A stretch of DNA of 64,000 bases from Candidatus Latescibacterota bacterium (GTDB lineage: Bacteria; Latescibacterota; UBA2968; UBA8231), in the NCBI GenBank assembly GCA_965204725.1, contig OZ242005.1, forward strand, positions 4,192,001 to 4,256,000, given 5' to 3'. Below, piece by piece: positions 59,449-64,000 of the stretch; position 1 is the first letter of the stretch; each line of letters opens with the position of its first letter. The position numbers and the translations under genes were made by a program. Under the pieces are notes generated by a model that was given only the letters and a program-made list of their open reading frames with translations, was not told the origin of the DNA and made no database searches.

Positions 59449-60810
59449 TTGATACAGCCGGATACTGTTGTTGCTATCTCTACGCCACGGGGGAAGGGGG
59501 GGATTGGGATAGTGCGTTTGAGTGGGCCTGCAGCCCTATCTATTAGCCAGCAGGTTTTTCGCTCCCGTCGCCCACTCGGTGAGCGGATCCGATACGTTGA
59601 ATACGGGCGTATATGGGCTGGTGGCCGAGCAATCGACACTGGCGTCGCTTGGTGCTTTGCTGCTCCTCACTCTTATACTGGTGAAGATACCGTCGAGATT
59701 AGCTGCCACGGCAATATGGTCGTATTAGAGTCCGTCGTTGAGGAAGCACTTCGCTTGGGTGCCGTCGCTGCTGCCCCGGGAGAGTTTACTCGTCGAGCTT
59801 TTCTCAATGGGCGGTTAGACTTATTAGAAGCTGAGGCTGTAATTGACCTCATTCAGGCCAGTTCTAAAGCGCATCTCGATAATGCCTATGGCTTGGCTAG
59901 TGGTCGGCTATCTAAGATGGTAAAAGAGCTTAAGGGGCAGTTGGTTAAGATGCTATCACTACTTGAGATAGGGCTCGATTTTTCCGACGAAGACATAGAT
60001 AATATTGGACGCCAAGAAATACAGGCCGCGCTGAGTGAGGTAGTTGAGTCCTCTCTGCGGCTTGCCGAAACGTTTGAGGGAACAAGGCGTCGCCAAGAGG
60101 GATATTTAGTAGTACTCATCGGGCGTCCCAACGTAGGTAAGTCTACATTGCTCAACGTTTTGCTCGGCGAAGATCGGGCAATAGTCACCCCCTTACCAGG
60201 AACGACGCGAGACTTAGTAGAAGGTCGGACTACATGGGCAGGAGAGACGATCCGGATAGTCGATACGGCTGGGATTAGGCAAAGCCATAACCTGATCGAA
60301 AAAGAGGGGATTGAACGGGCGTCTCAAGCGGCGGGGGAAGCAGATGTGGTTTTAGCGGTATTCGACAGCTCGACCGAGTCGTGTGAGGACGATATAGCTG
60401 TGTTGGACCTACTCCCGTCTAATAAGAAGTCAATTGCTGTCTTCAACAAGATTGATCTGACAGGGGCTATTACTCGATCTAAGATCAAAGCACGGACCTC
60501 GGTATCCGTTGAAATATCAGCACTTAGGGAGTCCGGTATTGAAAAATTAAAGAGGGAGGTGACGGCCCAACTGCCCCATAGGGCGGAAATAGATGGAATC
60601 GGGATTACCCGTCAACGACACCAAGATTGCTTTTTGCGGGTAGCTAAATCTGGTGCTGTCGCAGATGAACTGCTGAGAGCTAGCCAGCCAGATGAGTGTA
60701 TCGTAGCTGAACTTCAAGACGCCTTGAATGCCCTAGGTGAGATGCTGGGGGAGACAGTAGAGGAGGAAGTTCTCGATTCTATCTTCTCCCAGTTTTGCAT
60801 CGGCAAGTAA
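59449..60810 (+). CDS. mnmE: tRNA modification GTPase MnmE
   Basis: SYTGED, GEFTRRAFLNG, GRPNVGKS, DTAG, NKID, FCIGK. Confidence 0.97.
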   Translation: MIQPDTVVAISTPRGKGGIGIVRLSGPAALSISQQVFRSRRPLGERIRYVEYGRIWAGGRAIDTGVAWCFAAPHSYTGEDTVEISCHGNMVVLESVVEEALRLGAVAAAPGEFTRRAFLNGRLDLLEAEAVIDLIQASSKAHLDNAYGLASGRLSKMVKELKGQLVKMLSLLEIGLDFSDEDIDNIGRQEIQAALSEVVESSLRLAETFEGTRRRQEGYLVVLIGRPNVGKSTLLNVLLGEDRAIVTPLPGTTRDLVEGRTTWAGETIRIVDTAGIRQSHNLIEKEGIERASQAAGEADVVLAVFDSSTESCEDDIAVLDLLPSNKKSIAVFNKIDLTGAITRSKIKARTSVSVEISALRESGIEKLKREVTAQLPHRAEIDGIGITRQRHQDCFLRVAKSGAVADELLRASQPDECIVAELQDALNALGEMLGETVEEEVLDSIFSQFCIGK

Positions 60811-60826
60811 TGTTCCACGTGGAACA
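60811..60826. promoter_or_regulatory. parS site 1
   Basis: Perfect 16-bp palindrome TGTTCCACGTGGAACA. Confidence 0.88.
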
Positions 60827-60861
60827 CTTGAATTTCTTGAAGCACACCGGTAAGAGTTTGA

Positions 60862-60877
60862 CGTTCCACGTGGAACA
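60862..60877. promoter_or_regulatory. parS site 2
   Basis: CGTTCCACGTGGAACA, 15/16 match to site 1. Confidence 0.85.
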
Positions 60878-60895
60878 TGTAAAATGGTAATTCAA

Positions 60896-61489
60896 ATGCC
60901 ATCTGAAATTCGTGAGGAACTTGAGCGGTTAAAGAGCAAAAGGATTCTATCCTGTTCTCTTGATGATGTCTGGCCTAAGCTGGAAATATATCTATATCTC
61001 TTGAGTCGGTGGTCGAGAAGAGTCAACCTGATTTCTCGACGAGAGTTGTCCGTTGTAGCAACCAAGCATTTGAGACAGGCGTTAATTATGGTCCCAGTTG
61101 TGTCAAGCCTCCCTCGTCGGTTGGTTATGGATCTAGGATCAGGAGCTGGATTTCCGGCTATTCCATTAAAGATCGTTATTCCGGACTCATGCTTTGTTTT
61201 GGTTGAAATCAGGAGGAAGCGGGCGCACTTTCTCAGGGAGGTTGTCCGAACTGTGGGACTTGACAGTATAGAGGTTGTAAACGACCGGATAGAGAATTTG
61301 AGTCCTATGGGAGCGGATTTAGTCACTGCGAGAGCGGTGGCTTCTCCAGAGAAACTGCTTGACCTAGTACAAAGACATTTGTCTCCTCATGGTTGGATTC
61401 TTTCAACACTTGGAGAAGATGCTGCCCATTCGGGATTGTTGGCATGGAGGATAGAACGGGTGGGGAGTAGCTTGGGGTTATTTCATTAG
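60896..61489 (+). CDS. rsmG: 16S rRNA m7G527 methyltransferase RsmG (GidB)
   Basis: W...VNLIS, KH, DLGSGAGFP, TARAV. Confidence 0.9.
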   Translation: MPSEIREELERLKSKRILSCSLDDVWPKLEIYLYLLSRWSRRVNLISRRELSVVATKHLRQALIMVPVVSSLPRRLVMDLGSGAGFPAIPLKIVIPDSCFVLVEIRRKRAHFLREVVRTVGLDSIEVVNDRIENLSPMGADLVTARAVASPEKLLDLVQRHLSPHGWILSTLGEDAAHSGLLAWRIERVGSSLGLFH

Positions 61490-61559
61490 TTGATCGCATT
61501 GATAGCCTAGCAGAATCTTGCTAAGTCTAAATAATCGGGGGTTCCGAGTGTAGTTTTAC

Positions 61560-61750
61560 CCATATTTATCCACACTCAAACCTAAAAGAACTGCGAGATT
61601 TAGGCCCTTTGGGGGACCTTATATGTCTAATTTTATCCAATAGATAGGCTATGATTTAGTGAAATATTGAGTAGAGTCGAAAAGATATAATGTGGAAAAC
61701 TTGCTCTTAAGAAAGTGGAAAACTCTATGGAAAATCCTTTGGAAGAAAAG
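61560..61750. promoter_or_regulatory. Second DnaA-box cluster in AT-rich intergenic DNA
   Basis: TTATCCACA 61566-61574, TGTGGAAAA 61691-61699, plus degenerate TTATCCAAT, AGTGGAAAA, TATGGAAAA. Confidence 0.6.
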
Positions 61751-61794
61751 AAAAAAACAAGTATATTTTTAGTAGTTCCCAAGGACGCAGGTTC

Positions 61795-62454
61795 TTGATA
61801 CAATGGCCCCAAGTGCCTATAAAAACAGGTTATTTTTTGCTAGATAAATACCTAAAAAAGTGGTGTTTGATCGTCCTTAGACCGTTGGCGCATTTGTTTA
61901 TTCGCTTGGGCTTCAGGCCCGATTGGCTGACTCTGATGGGGTTAGTTATGAACGTGGGGGCAACTGCGGCTTTTGCTGAGGGTTATTTACAATGGGGGGC
62001 TCTCATTATGATGGTTGCGGGTCTCTGCGACATCTTGGATGGACAAGTTGCAAGAGAAGGCCATAAGGAGACCAAGTTCGGAGCCTTACTGGATTCGACT
62101 ACAGATCGCTACTCTGAGATATTTATTTATTTTGGCATCGGTGCGTATTTGATTGGTCGCGATGCGTGGATTCCTTCAGGGATCCTCTTTTTTGCAATCA
62201 CTGGTTCGCTGATGGTTAGTTATGTAAGGGCTCGTGCAGAGGGGCTGGGCGAGGATTGTAAGGTGGGCTTCATGCAGCGTCCTGAACGTCTAATTGCCTT
62301 AGCCTTGGGGAGCTTGGTGGGTCATCAGGGATTGGTTTTTGTGCTGGTTTTATTGGCCGTTACCACCAACTATACGGTTGTTGAGCGCCTCGCTCATATT
62401 CGCAACAGGTTAAAATCTGGTCCCAACTCACCCGCCTCAGTCCAGCAGTCCTGA
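61795..62454 (+). CDS. CDP-alcohol phosphatidyltransferase (PgsA/PI synthase-like)
   Basis: DILDGQVAR......FGALLDSTTDR signature; SYVRARAE. True start may be downstream. Confidence 0.9.
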   Translation: MIQWPQVPIKTGYFLLDKYLKKWCLIVLRPLAHLFIRLGFRPDWLTLMGLVMNVGATAAFAEGYLQWGALIMMVAGLCDILDGQVAREGHKETKFGALLDSTTDRYSEIFIYFGIGAYLIGRDAWIPSGILFFAITGSLMVSYVRARAEGLGEDCKVGFMQRPERLIALALGSLVGHQGLVFVLVLLAVTTNYTVVERLAHIRNRLKSGPNSPASVQQS

Positions 62455-62494
62455 TAAGGGGCTAATCGGGCTTTCTTGCGCTTCTCCTGCCATC

Positions 62495-63175
62495 GTGTAC
62501 CGGGGTCATTTCATCGTTTTTGAAGGAGTTGATGGCAGCGGAACTACAACCCAATCCCACATACTGGCGTCGTATTTAAGAGAAGCGGGTTTTCCAGTTG
62601 TACTTACCAGAGAACCGGGCGGGACGCCGATTGGAGAGCGGATTCGCCGTCTTGTTCTCGACCCAAGACAGGAAGCTATCTCCCATGTGGCAGAGCTTTT
62701 TCTTTACGGAGCTGATCGAGCACAGCACGTAAAAGAGGTGATTCAACCGTCGCTAAATCAAGGTAAAATAGTTATTTGTGATCGCTACATCGCATCATCG
62801 CTAGCGTATCAAGGTTATGGACGCGGCTTAGATCTAAAAATGGTTGAGCAAGTCAATAATCTGGCCATAGGGAAATGCCTGCCGGAATCGACAGTATATT
62901 TGGACATACCCGTAGAAGTGGCTTGGGGACGGATAAGTCGCCAGTGGAACTTGTTCTGCCAAGGGGATTCACACTCTCCTCGCGCCGAGGACCGCTTGGA
63001 GGAAGCTGGTGGAGAGAGACTACAAAGGAAAGTCGCCCGAGGTTATAAAAAGATCGCCGAGAGTGACGAGAGTGCCTTGGTTTTTGACGCACAGCTCGGA
63101 ATAGACCAACTGGCCAAAGAGATTCGGAACGCGCTGCGCGAGCGGTCGCCTTGGTTTCCAGAGGAGAAAAAGTAA
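62495..63175 (+). CDS. tmk: Thymidylate kinase
   Basis: FEGVDGSGTTTQ, TREPGGT, CDRY..SSLAYQG. Confidence 0.94.
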   Translation: MYRGHFIVFEGVDGSGTTTQSHILASYLREAGFPVVLTREPGGTPIGERIRRLVLDPRQEAISHVAELFLYGADRAQHVKEVIQPSLNQGKIVICDRYIASSLAYQGYGRGLDLKMVEQVNNLAIGKCLPESTVYLDIPVEVAWGRISRQWNLFCQGDSHSPRAEDRLEEAGGERLQRKVARGYKKIAESDESALVFDAQLGIDQLAKEIRNALRERSPWFPEEKK

Positions 63176-63177
63176 TC

Positions 63178-64000
63178 ATGCGACACATCCTAATGGGATT
63201 GATTTTTTTAATTGTAAGTGGGGGCGTAATCCGCGCCGCGACTACGGAAGATCCGTATGCTGAGGTAAATGCTAGCTGGGAGCGTTTTGGGGCCGTGTAT
63301 TCGCGCATTCTGGAAAACTATTACGCCCGTCTGGACCAAGAGGAAGTTATGAGCGCAGCCATCAAGGGCATGCTCGGCCAACTGGATACATATAGCGAGT
63401 TCTACGACGAGGAAGGTTTGCGCCAGTTGCGCCAAGACACGACGGGCAAGTTCGCGGGGTTGGGGATTACGGTTGCTATAAAAGACCGTTTTCCCGTTGT
63501 AATTGCCCCTATTGAGGATACTCCGGCCTTTCGGGCAGGGCTGAGACCGGGCGACTTGATCGTCGCTGTCGAGGGCAAAAGTACCTTGGATATGCAGCTT
63601 GAGTCTGTCGTCAACGCGCTGCGCGGAGACCCTGGAACAAAGGTTGCCATCTCGGTCGCCACTCACTTGGGAGCAACGCCGCGCGAAGTTGAAATCCAAA
63701 GGGAAATTATCAGGATTAAGAGCGTTGTGCTGGTAGAGGAGCTCAAAGGCAAAATCGGTTATGTTAGTATGCGTCGGACGCGTTTTTCCGAGCATACCTC
63801 CAGTGAAGTAGAAGAGGCGGTAAAAAGCCTCCCGCGAGTTGAAGGGCTAATTTTAGATCTGCGAGGAAATCCGGGAGGCTTGTTTAGTCAAGCTACCCAG
63901 GTTGCGGACTTGTTTTTACCCCAAGGGGTGCCGATCGTTTCGATTAGGGAACGCGAAGGAGGGAGAGAAGAAGTCAAGTATTCCCGCCGTCAGTCTATTG
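63178..64000 (+). CDS. S41A carboxyl-terminal processing protease (partial, runs off the window; not in ORF track)
   Basis: MRHILMGLIF signal, AIKGML..LD.YS, G.FAGLGI, PDZ TPAFRAGLRPGD, LILDLRGNPGGL. Confidence 0.9.
   Translation, partial: MRHILMGLIFLIVSGGVIRAATTEDPYAEVNASWERFGAVYSRILENYYARLDQEEVMSAAIKGMLGQLDTYSEFYDEEGLRQLRQDTTGKFAGLGITVAIKDRFPVVIAPIEDTPAFRAGLRPGDLIVAVEGKSTLDMQLESVVNALRGDPGTKVAISVATHLGATPREVEIQREIIRIKSVVLVEELKGKIGYVSMRRTRFSEHTSSEVEEAVKSLPRVEGLILDLRGNPGGLFSQATQVADLFLPQGVPIVSIREREGGREEVKYSRRQSI

Noticed and set aside
63208-63795. 195-aa minus-strand ORF in the track
   Set aside because: Antisense to the S41 protease, which the track missed because it has no stop inside the window.

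Overview
Bacterial chromosome window, mostly GC-rich, that contains the replication-origin region. The left ~47 kb is accessory and metabolic. It holds a beta-class DNA methyltransferase, a sugar-acid catabolic cluster, an AAA/PD-(D/E)XK protein and a frameshifted GT-C-like membrane protein. It also holds two tandem secreted PQQ-dehydrogenase-ankyrin fusion paralogs and a 5.7-kb low-GC island bounded by a duplicated gene 3' end; the island carries two ABC exporters, the second broken by two IS5-family elements. Further on are two sulfatases, cfa, an AAA/DUF4276-like pair, SCO/PCuAC, a squalene synthase, secreted FlgD/T9SS-like-tail proteins and a sugar ABC transporter. The right ~17 kb is core: tRNA-Gln/Ser/Ser, gyrA-gyrB-dciA-recF-dnaN-oriC-dnaA, then rpmH-rnpA-yidD-yidC-mnmE, two parS sites, rsmG, a second DnaA-box cluster, a pgsA-like gene, tmk and a partial S41 protease. 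Gene content suggests an FCB-group organism such as Latescibacterota or Gemmatimonadota, possibly host-associated (inference only). The strongest leads are the PQQ-ankyrin paralog pair, an apparent window-wide CCWGG erosion signature, the integrase-less island, the second DnaA-box cluster, an N-terminally truncated RnpA and an unclassified 22-aa repeat protein. All family calls come from motif recognition by eye; no database searches were run.
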